Assembly: GCA_964016885.1 (NCBI GenBank)
Contig: OZ024743.1
Location: 269,142,001-269,206,000 of the forward strand
Reading direction: 5' to 3'
DNA from: Eledone cirrhosa
Taxonomy: Eukaryota
Length of the DNA: 64,000 nt
A program made the position numbers and the translations under genes. This document shows positions 14,788-29,194 of this stretch, one piece after another (the first letter of the stretch is position 1; the number at the start of each line of letters is the position of its first letter). The notes under the pieces are model-generated. The model did not search any database. It was not told where the DNA came from and saw only the letters and a program-made list of their open reading frames with translations.

Positions 14788-15007
14788 CCCACGATATTTA
14801 CACAGTATTAATTCTAATTCACGCTACCACTGGAACGCTGTACTAATTACCAATATTCATAATACTAATAAATGAATCATATTCTAACTCGTATGGATAT
14901 CGCTGGGGGCCCCTACGATTAAAATAGCGGAGAAATCTTCTATGATTCTATGAGATATAACCTCATAGGGTGGCCGGCTAAACCTACTAAGGTGTGAGCT
15001 GTAATAC
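14788..15007 (+). repeat. Diverged direct copy of 13946-14143, ending in AGGTGTGAGCTGTAA
   Basis: Shared CATAGGGTGGCCGGCTAAA.CTACTAAGGTGT.AGCTGTAATAC. The same terminus occurs at ~15325-15365 and inverted at ~52050-52090. Confidence 0.75.
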
Positions 15008-15094
15008 AGACGCAGACTAACGCGTACATATGTTTGTGTCTGTGTGTGCGCGCGCGCATATACATATGTATGTATATATGTGTGTATATGTATA

Positions 15095-15125
<31 letters not shown>

Positions 15126-15185
15126 GTATTTATATTTATATATATATATTTATATTTATATATATAATATATGTGTATATATATA

Positions 15186-15263
<78 letters not shown>

Positions 15264-15879
15264 TATTATATATATATATAATGCATGTATAATATAATAT
15301 AGATGTTATTTCAGAAGAAGGCGAGCTAAATCTACACGAGGTGTGAGCTGTAAATTTCATTTCATTTTTTTCTCATACAATTTTAACCTGTTGACACAAC
15401 CAGTCTTACCTGTGACTATGTATCCACGTTTACTGCTCCCTACAATCCCACGCCCTCGCTATTTCTCTTTGATATTTCTATCCCACCCCCCTTAACACAC
15501 ACCTACTAACCTAGCCACCCACATACCTTTCTATAGATCGAACTGCCTGTGCAAACACTCACACCTACCTAGTAATATCACTCACTCCTTCAGCGCCGTT
15601 CTCGCCTCCGCCTTCTTTACTACTACTACTACTACTACTACTACACCATAACCATCACCAGCATGAACACAACAATTGATACCACCACCACCATTTCCGC
15701 CATGAACAGCGCTAGTAAACTACCACCACTCCCAACACTACCACTACTTCCTACACCACCAGTAATATCACCATCACCATCACCACCACCACCACCACTA
15801 TTCCCAACACTACCACTATCACCACCACTACTCCCACCACCACCAGTACTACCACCATCACCACCACTATTCCCAACAC

Positions 15880-18066
15880 TACTCCCACCATCATCACCAC
15901 TATTCCCAACATCACTAGTAATACCACCACCACCACCACACACAACTCTATCTGTAATACCACCACCACCACCACCACCACCACACACAACTCTATCTGT
16001 AATACCACCACCACCACCACCACCACCACCACACACAACTATATCTGTAATACCACCACCACCACCACCACACACAACTCTATCTGTAATACCACCATCA
16101 TCACCACTATTCCCAACATCACTAGTAATACCACCACCACCACCACCACCACCACACACAACTCTATCTGTAATACCACCACCACCACCACTATTCCCAA
16201 CATCACTAGTAATACCACCACCACCACCACCACCACACACAACTCTATCTGTAATACCACCACCACCACCACTATTCCCAACATCACTAGTAATACCACC
16301 ACCACCACCACCACCACCACACACAACTCTATCTGTAATACCACCATCATCACCACTATTCCCAACATCACTAGTAATACCACCACCACCACCACCACCA
16401 CCACACACAACTCTATCTGTAATACCACCACCACCACCACTATTCCCAACATCACTAGTAATACCACCACCACCACCACCACCACCACACACAACTCTAT
16501 CTGTAATACCACCATCATCACCACTATTCCCAACATCACTAGTAATACCACCACCACCACCACCACACACAACTCTATCTGTAATACCACCACCACCACC
16601 ACCACACACAACTATATCTGTAATACCACCACCACCACCACCACACACAACTCTATCTGTAATACCACCACCACCACCACCACACACAACTCTATCTGTA
16701 ATACCACCACCACCACCACCACACACAACTCTATCTGTAATACCACCATCACCACCACCACACACAACTCTATCTGTAATACCACCACCACCACCACTAT
16801 TCCCAACATCACTAGTAATACCACCACCACCACCACCACACACAACTCTATCTGTAATACCACCACCACCACCACCACACACAACTCTATCTGTAATACC
16901 ACCACCACCACCACCACACACAACTATATCTGTAATACCACCACCACCACCACCACACACAACTCTATCTGTAATACCACCACCACCACCACCACACACA
17001 ACTCTATCTGTAATACCACCACCACCACCACCACACACAACTATATCTGTAATACCACCACCACGACCACACACAACTCTATCTGTAATACCACCACCAC
17101 CACCACTATTCCCAACATCACTAGTAATACCACCACCACCACCACCACACACAACTCTATCTGTAATACCACCACCACCACCACCACACACAACTCTATC
17201 TGTAATACCACCACCACCACCACCACACACAACTATATCTGTAATACCACCACCACCACCACACACAACTCTATCTGTAATACCACCACCACCACCACTA
17301 TTCCCAACATCACTAGTAATACCACCACCACCACCACCACACACAACTCTATCTGTAATACCACCACCACCACCACCACACACAACTCTATCTGTAATAC
17401 CACCACCACCACCACCACACACAACTATATCTGTAATACCACCACCACCACCACACACAACTCTATCTGTAATACCACCATCACCACCACTATTCCCAAC
17501 ATCACTAGTAATACCATCACCACCACCACCACACACAACTCTATCTGTAATACCACCACCATCACCACCACCACACACAACTCTATCTGTAATACCACCA
17601 CCACCACCACACACAACTCTATCTGTAATACCACCACCACCACCACTATTCCCAACATCACTAGTAATACCATCACCACCACCACCACACACAACTCTAT
17701 CTGTAATACCACCACCACCACCACCACACACAACTATATCTGTAATACCACCACCACCACCACTCACAACTCTATCTGTAATACCACCACCACCACCACA
17801 CACAACTCTATCTGTAATACCACCACCACCACCACCACACACAACTATATCTGTAATACCACCACCACCACCACTCACAACTCTATCTGTAATACCACCA
17901 CCACCACCACACACAACTCTATCTGTAATACCACCACCACCACCACTATTCCCAACATCACTAGTAATACCATCACCACCACCACCACACACAACTCTAT
18001 CTGTAATACCACCACCACCACCACCACACACAACTATATCTGTAATACCACCACCACCACCACTCA
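15880..18066. repeat. Composite minisatellite: CACACAACT(C/A)TATCTGTAATA and CTATTCCCAACATCACTAGTAATA units joined by (CCA)n
   Basis: All unit lengths are multiples of 3, producing the 824-aa and 808-aa ORFs. Confidence 0.95.
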
Positions 18067-18227
18067 CAACACCATCATGCTGCGGATTACAACTCTATTG
18101 TGAAGCCCTCCTCCTACCCTCACCCCTTTTTAATTAGGCTAATATCATTTTAATTACAACAGTCTTTGTTGGTGTTTTTTTAATTTCAAGTAATTTCATT
18201 TAACTTTTAAAACTCCATTTCATTGTG

Positions 18228-18257
18228 TGGGTTGGTAAAATATACTGTCATGTAATG

Positions 18258-18312
<55 letters not shown>

Positions 18313-18337
18313 TGGTAAAATATACTGTCATGTAATG

Positions 18338-18393
<56 letters not shown>

Positions 18394-18421
18394 GGTTGGT
18401 AAAATATACTGTCATGTAATG

Positions 18422-18469
<48 letters not shown>

Positions 18470-18497
18470 GGTTGGTAAAATATACTGTCATGTAATG

Positions 18498-18562
<65 letters not shown>

Positions 18563-18587
18563 TGGTAAAATATACTGTCATGTAATG

Positions 18588-18631
<44 letters not shown>

Positions 18632-18659
18632 GGTTGGTAAAATATACTGTCATGTAATG

Positions 18660-18705
<46 letters not shown>

Positions 18706-18733
18706 GGTTGGTAAAATATACTGTCATGTAATG

Positions 18734-18781
<48 letters not shown>

Positions 18782-18809
18782 GGTTGGTAAAATATACTGT
18801 CATGTAATG

Positions 18810-18853
<44 letters not shown>

Positions 18854-18881
18854 GGTTGGTAAAATATACTGTCATGTAATG

Positions 18882-18933
<52 letters not shown>

Positions 18934-18961
18934 GGTTGGTAAAATATACTGTCATGTAATG

Positions 18962-19023
<62 letters not shown>

Positions 19024-19051
19024 GGTTGGTAAAATATACTGTCATGTAATG

Positions 19052-19095
<44 letters not shown>

Positions 19096-19123
19096 GGTTG
19101 GTAAAATATACTGTCATGTAATG

Positions 19124-19167
<44 letters not shown>

Positions 19168-19259
19168 GGTTGGTAAAATATACTGTCATGTAATGTATAT
19201 ATATATGTGTGTGTGTGTGTGTGTATGTGTGGGTTGGTAAAATATACTGTCATGTAATG

Positions 19260-19306
<47 letters not shown>

Positions 19307-19405
19307 GTGGGTTGGTAAAATATACTGTCATGTAATGTATATATATATATATGTGTGTGTGTATGTATGTGTGGGTTGGTAAAATATACTGTCATGTAAT
19401 GTATA
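18228..19405. repeat. Tandem array: 16 identical GGGTTGGTAAAATATACTGTCATGTAATG blocks separated by variable (TA)n(TG)n
   Basis: 16 copies counted by eye; the constant block is invariant and only the microsatellite length varies. Confidence 0.95.
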
Positions 19406-19525
19406 TATATGTGGGTATGTGTTTGTGTATGTGTGCGTATGTATGTGTGTGTATATGTATAAACGCACGGATACATCCATACGTACATACGCATACATAT
19501 ATGATATGTAATATATATAAATGAC

Positions 19526-19570
19526 TTCTACAGGACTAGGACTGTTTCATTCATATGAAATCATCGGGAA
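19526..19570 (-). ncRNA. Degenerate hammerhead motif (CCGATGA core variant)
   Basis: Minus strand: ttc-CCGATGA-tTTCAtaTGAAt-GAA-ACAG tcctagtc CTGT-A|gaa. A related 3' half lies at ~34732-34760. Confidence 0.5.
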
Positions 19571-19706
19571 TGGCCTATGATGCCACGACGACAGCTGTAA
19601 GGGGTTCGTTTGGGTGGTGGATAATATGTAGATTCCCGAGCTGTGTCGGGGTGGTGGGGAGTGTAATCACAGTTTAATGGTACTAAATAAATAGCCAGAG
19701 TAAAGG

Positions 19707-19746
<40 letters not shown>

Positions 19747-19747
<1 letters not shown>

Positions 19748-19862
19748 TGGTAAGATACCAGGTGGACATATAACGCACCAGAGTACTCAACACTTAGGGT
19801 AGTAGAGTGGGTAATAGGAAAACAGTCAAGACCCCGACGGCTGAGCTCCAGCCGTTTCGATA
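19747..19862 (-). mobile_element. Family P1 copy (hammerhead 3' half plus tail)
   Basis: GTGGTAAG...TAACGCACCAGAGTACTCAA...AGTAGAGTGGGTAATAGGAA...GACCCCGACGGCTGAGCTCCAGCCGTTTCGA. Confidence 0.8.
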
Positions 19863-20118
19863 GCTAGATCCGAGCGTTCGTATGTATTTATGTATGTATG
19901 TATATGTATATGTGTATGTATGTATGTATGTATATGTATATGTGTATGTATGTATGTATGTATATGTGTATGTATGTATATATAATTACATTCGTCTTTA
20001 TAATGTACCTGCACGTGGTCACATAGTTATTAGTAGTAATGTGTGAGTAATACATACACGCACACAGTGTAAGCGGGCGATAAATGATGATGATTATATA
20101 TATATATACATATATATT

Positions 20119-20158
<40 letters not shown>

Positions 20159-20543
20159 TATATATAGAGAGAGAGGGGGGGGGGCCAGTGCACCATCCAG
20201 CATGGCCACAGTGCAATAACTAAAACCATTAAAATTATATATACTGCATATATACATACATATATATGTTATATATATATATGTATATGTATGTATATAT
20301 ATATATATATATATGTACGTACACATTCTGTGTGTATGTGTGTTTCATATCTATCTATTTCTCTGTAATTTTGATTTTCTTTCTTTTTAGTCTATTCCGT
20401 TTCATCTTATCGATCTCATTCACATCTATTGGTAAATGGACGTGATATTACAGCCTCCCATTCCCCCTTCTCATATGTGTGTGTATATATATATATATAT
20501 ATGTGTGTGTATATACATATATATATATATGTGTATATACATA

Positions 20544-20602
<59 letters not shown>

Positions 20603-20609
20603 GTATATA

Positions 20610-20642
<33 letters not shown>

Positions 20643-20982
20643 GTATATATGTATATATGTGTGTGTATGGATATATATATATATATTATATGTATGTATG
20701 TATGTATTTATATATATATGTGTGTGTGTGTGTGTAGAATCACTCAGTGTGTGTACTTAGATTAAGTGTAATTTGTGACGTGCCGTTTGTAGCTTGTGTG
20801 TCGGACACTGCATACATACATACATACATACATACATACATACATACATACATACATACATACATACATACATACATGCATACACAAACGCACTCTCTCA
20901 CACACATACACATTCAGCCGTGCCTACGCATTCTCCACATACAGATTAATGCGTACGAAAATTATGTTTATTATTTTCTCTT

Positions 20983-21013
<31 letters not shown>

Positions 21014-21745
21014 ATATGTATGTGAGTGTGTGTGTGTGTGTCTGTGTATGTGTGTAATTGTAACACTTGCATTGTATTTTTTTCATTCTTACATTCGTTT
21101 GTACACGTTGTATATTGCTGAGGTGTAGGCGATGGCGGTGTGGCGGCTGCTTTAAACTGTGGGTGTAAGTGGGGGAAGATAAAAGTATGTGAGAAGCCGT
21201 GGTGGTGTTAGTGGTGGCGTTGATGGAGGCGGAATAAGGTGATTGGGTAAAATAGAAATGAAACGATGATTATGTCAATTATATATTATTATTGTTGTTG
21301 TTATTGTTGTTATTGTTGTTATTATTACTATTATTATTATGGACCAATTGTTTTTATTGTTGAGTGCCAGAATTGGAATAGATTGGGGTTTTTAGCTTCG
21401 TTCGCCAACACCCCTACATTCATTCACTCCATCTCTATCATAACCCCACTTATCGTCATCATCCATCATCATCACCATCATGAACTTCGCAAATATGTAG
21501 TTATTTTTTGTCTTGTTAGTTGCTATTGTTGTTGTTCTCGATTGTGTTGTTGTTGATAGTGGTGGTAGTTGTGCAGATAATGATGGTGGTTGTTATAGTG
21601 GTGGTGGTGGTGGTGGTGGTGGTGGTGCTGATAGTGGTGATGGTGGTGGTGGTGGTGGTGGTGTTAGCCGGGGTTGAAGGTGGTGGTGTTTGTGTTAGTG
21701 GAATTCTGGACTGGTGCCATGCGTAGATGGAAAGAACACAACACA

Positions 21746-21788
<43 letters not shown>

Positions 21789-22323
21789 GTATATATATAT
21801 ATATTCTCATACAAACGTGAAATATGATGTATATATAACACACACGCACACATATATATTTATATATGCCTATAGTATATGTTTGTTTGTATGTGTGTAT
21901 TCAACCAGTATACCTGGGTTTTGAGAATAGGTCCCCTGTATCCCTTACACGTAGAGGACTAGGGACAGAGTTGGCATCTGGAAGGGAGTCCATCTCCGGA
22001 GTATTGCCTCAAAACGTTTCGTCCCAAATACATAGAAGCAGAAAATTGCATAAAAACATTATTGACGGTTCATGAAGACTATGGTGATTGCGAGTGTGCT
22101 TGTCTGCATGTTATTCATGTGTGCTGTGAGTTATTAGAAAGCGAACGAGAAGAAAGACAATCCGGAAATACAGACTAGAGGAGGTCAATTCTATCTAAGA
22201 TGGAATTACGACAGGAAATAGAATCTCTATATTCTTGTAGATGCCGCAGATGTGGGGTTTGATCTCACTGCCATATATTGCTTTACTAAAACTCAACTGA
22301 CCACACCTCTGTCAATATATACT

Positions 22324-25300
22324 ACTGACCAGAGCTTAGTCAACATATACAACTGACCAGAACCTAGTCGACATATACAACTGACCAGAGCCTAGTCGAC
22401 ATATACAACTGACCAGAGCTTAGTCAACATATACAACTGACCAGAACCTAGTCGACATATACAACTGACCAGAGCCTAGTCAATATATACAACTGACCAG
22501 AGCTTAGTCGACATATACAACTGACCAGAGCCTAGTCAATATATACAACTGACCAGAGCTTAGTCAACATATACAACTGACCAGAGTCTAGTCGACATAT
22601 ACAACTGACCAGAGCCTAGACAACATATACAACTGACCATAGCTTAGTCAACATATAAAACTGACCAGAGCTTAGTCAACATATACAACTGACCAGAGCT
22701 TAGTCAACATATACAACTGACCAGAGTCTAGTCGACATATACAACTGACCAGAGCTTAGTCAACATATACAACTGACCATAGCTTAGTCAACATATACAT
22801 CTGACCAGAGCCTAGTCAACATATACAACTGTCCAGATCCTAGACAACATATACAACTGACCAGAGCCTAGTCAACATATACAACTGTCCAGAGCTTAGA
22901 CAACATATACAACTGTCCAGAGCTTAGTCAACATATACAACTGTCCAGATCCTAGACAACATATACAACTGACCAGAGCTTAGTCAACATATACAACTGT
23001 CCAGATCCTAGACAACATATACAACTGTCCAGATCCTAGACAACATATACAACTGACCAGAGCTTAGTCAACATATACAACTGTCCAGATCCTAGACAAC
23101 ATATACAACTGACCAGAGCTTAGTCAACATATACAACTGACCAGAGCTTAGACAACATATACAACTGACCAGAGCTTAGACAACATATACAACTGACCAG
23201 AGCTTAGTCAACATATACAACTGTCCAGATCCTAGACAACATATACAACTGACCAGAGCTTAGTCAACATATACAACTGTCCAGATCCTAGACAACATAT
23301 ACAACTGTCCAGATCCTAGACAACATATACAACTGACCAGAGCTTAGTCAACATATACAACTGTCCAGATCCTAGACAACATATACAACTGACCAGAGCT
23401 TAGTCAACATATACAACTGACCAGAGCTTAGACAACATATACAACTGACCAGAGCTTAGACAACATATACAACTGACCAGAGCTTAGTCAACATATACAA
23501 CTGTCCAGATCCTAGACAACATATACAACTGACCAGAGCTTAGTCAACATATACAACTGTCCAGATCCTAGACAACATATACAACTGTCCAGATCCTAGA
23601 CAACATATACAACTGACCAGAGCTTAGTCAACATATACAACTGTCCAGATCCTAGACAACATATACAACTGACCAGAGCTTAGTCAACATATACAACTGA
23701 CCAGAGCTTAGACAACATATACAACTGACCAGAGCTTAGACAACATATACAACTGACCAGAGCTTAGTCAACATATACAACTGTCCAGATCCTAGACAAC
23801 ATATACAACTGACCAGAGCTTAGTCAACATATACAACTGACCAGAGCTTAGTCAACATATACAACTGACCAGATCCTAGACAACATATACAACTGACCAG
23901 AGGCTAGTCAACATATACAACTGACCAGATCCTAGTCAACATATACAACTGGCCAGAGCTTAGTCAACATATACAACTGTCCAGAGCTTAGTCAACATAT
24001 ACAACTGTCCAGATCCTAGACAACATATACAACTGACCAGAGCTTAGTCAACATATACAACTGACCAGAGCTTAGTCAACATATACAACTGACCAGATCC
24101 TAGACAACATATACAACTGACCAGAGGCTAGTCAACATATACAACTGACCAGAGCTTAGACAACATATACAACTGACCAGAGCTTAGACAACATATACAA
24201 CTGACCAGATCCTAGACAACATATACAACTGACCAGAGCTTAGTCAACATATACAACTGTCCAGATCCTAACAACATATACAACTGTCCAGATCCTAGAC
24301 AACATATACAACTGACCAGAGCTTAGTCAACATATACAACTGACCAGAGCTTAGTCAACATATACAACTGACCAGAGCCTAGTCAACATATACATCTGAC
24401 CAGAGCTTATCAACATATACAACTGACCAGAGCTTAATCAACATATACAACTGACCAGAGCTTAGTCAACATATACATCTGGCCAGAGCTTATCAACATA
24501 TACAACTGACCAGAGCTTAATCAACATATACAACTGACCAGAGCTTAATCAACATATACAACTGACCAGAGCTTAGTCAACATATACAACTGGCCAGAGC
24601 TTAGTCAACATATACATCTGGCCAGAGCTTAGTCAACATATACAACTGACCAGAGCTTAGTCAACATATACAACTGACCAGAGCCTAGTCAACATATACA
24701 TCTGGCCCGAGCTTAGTCAACATATACATCTGGCCAGAGCTTAGTCAACATATACATCTGGCCAGAGCTTAGTCAACATATACAACTGACCAGAGCCTAG
24801 TCAACATATACATCTGGCCAGAGCTTAGTCAACATATACAACTGACCAGAGCCTAGTCAACATATACAACTGACCAGAGCTTAGTCAACATATTCATCTG
24901 GCCAGAGCTTAGTCAACATATACATCTGGCCAGAGCTTAGTCAACATATACAACTGGCCAGAGCTTAGTCAACATATACAACTGGCCAGAGCTTAGTCAA
25001 CATATAAAACTGACCAGAGCTTAGTCAACATATACATCTGGCCAGAGCTTAGTCAACATATTCATCTGGCCAGAGCTTAGTCAACATATACAACTGGCCA
25101 GAGCTTAGTCAACATATACATCTGGCCAGAGCTTAGTCAACATATACATCTGGCCAGAGCTTAGTCAACATATTCATCTGGCCAGAGCTTAGTCAACATA
25201 TACAACTGACCAGAGCCTAGTCAACATATACATCTGGCCAGAGCTTAGTCAACATATACAACTGGCCAGAGCTTAGTCAACATATACATCTGGCCAGAGC

Positions 25301-25716
25301 TTAGTCAACATATACAACTGACCAGAGCCTAGTCAACATATACATCTGGCCAGAGCTTAGTCAACATATACATCTGGCCAGAGCTTAGTCAACATATACA
25401 TCTGGCCAGAGCTTAGTCAACATATACAACTGACCAGAGCCTAGTCAACATATACATCTGGCCAGAGCTTAGTCAACATATACAACTGACCAGAGCCTAG
25501 TCAACATATACATCTGGCCAGAGCTTAGTCAACATATACATCTGGCCAGAGCTTAGTCAACATATACAACTGACCAGAGCCTAGTCAACATATACATCTG
25601 GCCAGAGCTTAGTCAACATATACAACTGACCAGAGCTTAGTCAACATATACATCTGGCCAGAGCTTAGTCAACATATACAACTGACCAGAGCTTAGTCAA
25701 CATATTCAACTGACCA
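22324..25716. repeat. 28-bp satellite, ~120 copies, consensus ACTGACCAGAGCTTAGTCAACATATACA
   Basis: Regular 28-bp period over ~3.4 kb with regional variants. Confidence 0.98.
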
Positions 25717-26932
25717 ACAGCACAGCATGCCATATCTACAATAGATTTTGTCTTAGATCTTGATATAAACATTGTCATAATTATTGAAACAGAATGCTGA
25801 GCCCAATAGCGGCTTGAATAAAAGATCACGTGAATGAGCGCTATTATCATCTACAGGAGAGTCTTAATCATGATAATCTAATTACTAATAACCCACCCTC
25901 CTCTCCTCATTCTTCTCCTCTTCTCTTGGGAAGGTGGAGTAAATGAACCTTGCAGTTTATGCCAGTAGGTCGGATAATAACCGTTGGGGGGGGGGGGGGT
26001 ACTTGTCCTTAATGGTCAGAGTGGTCATAGACTTGTGAGATTCCTCGATTAGTTAGCCTTGGGTAACTCATTCCTCTTGCACCAACATGACTAAATACAT
26101 TCCAACATTACTGACCATATGCCTAAATTGAAAACCGCTATTATTAATACTATTAACATTATTATTATTGGCCCATTGGTTGGAGTGAAGGGACGTGTTG
26201 TGAAACCACTCCAAGAGAAATAGATTTTTACTAAGATTTACGAGATGGAAATGTTTTTATTTATATTTACAAACAGAAGGAAGGCATCGGAATTCTGGGA
26301 CGGCTATCCCAATACCTGGGATAGACAAAAGGTCAGCTTTATCATTATTATAATGACAGGTGGATTGGCAGTATCGGTAGGATGAGGTGCCTTCTAGTAG
26401 TTATTCGGGTACTTTGCATTCTATGTTCCTGGTTGGTAGACGGAATCGGTCGACCGGTTTATGACCACCACTACCACAACCACCAACTTATTCATGGGTG
26501 CATTTAGCGGAGTTTAGAGTCCATTCTGTTACAACTATTCGGACCATCTGTCGGGTTTCCGAATGGCTTTCTTTATTCCTATCTGCATTGTCAGAGGCGC
26601 TGACAGTGGATGGCGGGTGTTACAAACTCTGTTCTTCTCCCCCTAGCTCTCAGTTTGTATGCACGCACACACACACAACCACACACACAGATTGTATTAC
26701 ATCATGCTGTCATTTCAGGTACACCTGTTTCAGTGGGAGCCTCTTTCAGATATTTCTGAAGCAGGGCCATATTCATCAGGCTTTATCGACAATGTTTTGT
26801 AATATTACAACTCGTCCCATTGACTGAGTGCCCTTCCAATTTTTGAATATATTTTACCAAAGTACACTATTCACCTGATATGTCTACAATTATCTATCTA
26901 TCTCTCTCTCTATATATATATATATATCTGCC

Positions 26933-26985
<53 letters not shown>

Positions 26986-27105
26986 ACTTTGAATATCGCC
27001 GAAGCTAGGTGGGATGCATTTAGGTATTGATGTGTAATACTGTTTACCTCAAACGCTCACACACACGCACTTGTGTATATACATATATGCACATATATGT
27101 GTGTG

Positions 27106-27164
<59 letters not shown>

Positions 27165-27265
27165 GTATATATATGTATATATATATATGTATATATATAT
27201 ATATGTATATGTATATATATGTATATATATATATGTATATGTATATATATGTATATATATATATG

Positions 27266-27312
<47 letters not shown>

Positions 27313-27473
27313 GTATATATATGTATATGTATATATATGTATATATATATATGTATATATATATATGTATATATATATATGTATATGTATGTATATGTAT
27401 GTATGTATATATATATATATGTATATGTATGTATATGTATGTATGTATATATATATATATGTATATATGTATG

Positions 27474-27505
<32 letters not shown>

Positions 27506-27567
27506 TATGTATATATATATATATATATAGGCTTATATATAGATATGTATATATATATATATATGTT

Positions 27568-27646
<79 letters not shown>

Positions 27647-27648
<2 letters not shown>

Positions 27649-27828
27649 CGAAGGAAATGTGGTAAGGAACCAGGTGGACCATAACGCACCAAAGTACTCA
27701 ATACTTGGGGTAGTAGAGTGGGTAATAGGAACCAGTAAGACCCCGACAGCTGAGCTCAAGCCGTTTCGACTTGAGCTCAGCTGTCGAAACGGTTTGAGCT
27801 CAGCTGTCGGGGTCTTACTGGTTCCTAT
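27647..27828. mobile_element. Family P1 copy with 46-bp inverted duplication (27725-27770 / 27783-27828)
   Basis: The arms are reverse complements with 1 mismatch around a 12-nt spacer. The outer end AACGAAGGAA abuts (TA)n exactly as in the 5676 copy. Confidence 0.85.
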
Positions 27829-28154
27829 ATACATATATATATATATATATGTTTATATATAGATATATATACGTTTATATATAGATATGTATATATATGT
27901 ATATATATATATATATATATGTTTATATATATATATCAGAAATGGAAAAAGACATTTAGAGTTCTAGAAATATATCTGATGGAAATTGACAGACAATATA
28001 TAATATACAAAATATAGGAAGAAAATATTAAAAAAGTATAAAATTCTTAGACAGAGAGAAAAGACTGTCTCCAAATGACATAACATTACTGGGACTTATA
28101 ACGCACCTACAGCCTCGCATTTTACATGTATAGATACATATACCCCTCTCTCTC

Positions 28155-28212
<58 letters not shown>

Positions 28213-28252
28213 CGATATTAATAAATGGAAACTATATTTATAAAACCATATT

Positions 28253-28318
28253 TATTTTATTATACATATTTCAAGGGCCACCAAGGCAAATTATGGTACG
28301 CTTTCATCAGATAAAATA
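28253..28318 (-). ncRNA. Minimal type I hammerhead ribozyme
   Basis: Minus strand: TATTTTAT-CTGATGA-AAG..TACCA..TGGTG..CTT-GAA-ATATGTAT-A|ATAAAATA. 8-bp stem I, AUA cleavage triplet. Confidence 0.8.
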
Positions 28319-28417
28319 CAATACAGATTAGTTACTCCAATAAACTGTTGAGTGCTTTATATCAGTTATAAAAATATTTTTAAGCTTGTTGTATCCCAAC
28401 AAATTAAATATAACCTC

Positions 28418-28452
<35 letters not shown>

Positions 28453-28511
28453 GTATACATACATGGAAAATATATACATATACATACACGCTCTTTTGTA
28501 TATATATATGA

Positions 28512-28542
<31 letters not shown>

Positions 28543-29079
28543 AACACACATACATAGATATAGATGTGTGTGTGTGTCGTGTAACGTGTGTATATGTGCA
28601 TGTATATGCATGGCTGTAAGTTTAAAGAGCTTGTGCCTCATCCATAATATTTCACATTCACTTCCACTGCGGGGTACAATCAGTATCTTGTCTTCTACTA
28701 GTTTCAGGGTACCTAATACTCTTGCGATACGGAAATTACAGGGAAGCTCGCTACATGTGTGTACGTGTACGTGTGTATGAATATGTGTGTCCAAACTAGT
28801 CCATATTTATAAAGTATACGTTTACACCGCTTAACAACAGGCTTGTTTATATCCGCCGGGTTTCGATGAATAGCGATCCACAAAATGCACGAGAGACTTG
28901 ATAAAATAACAATTGCTCGTTTTGGTCTACTAAAACGTGTAAGGGTGGGGCCCCAGCATGACCGCACCCTAATAACAAAAACAAGTAAAAACACTATATA
29001 AGAACATACCTACTCAAGCTTCTTCCACTTAAGTTGAATTATGCGCACACGAGCATACATACATACATACATACATACA

Positions 29080-29112
<33 letters not shown>

Positions 29113-29119
29113 GTATATT

Positions 29120-29194
<75 letters not shown>

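Noticed and set aside
18228-19405. CRISPR array
   Set aside because: The spacers are microsatellites rather than unique sequences; there are no cas genes and the context is eukaryotic.
22324-25716. CRISPR-like 28-bp palindromic repeat
   Set aside because: Units are head-to-tail with no spacers.
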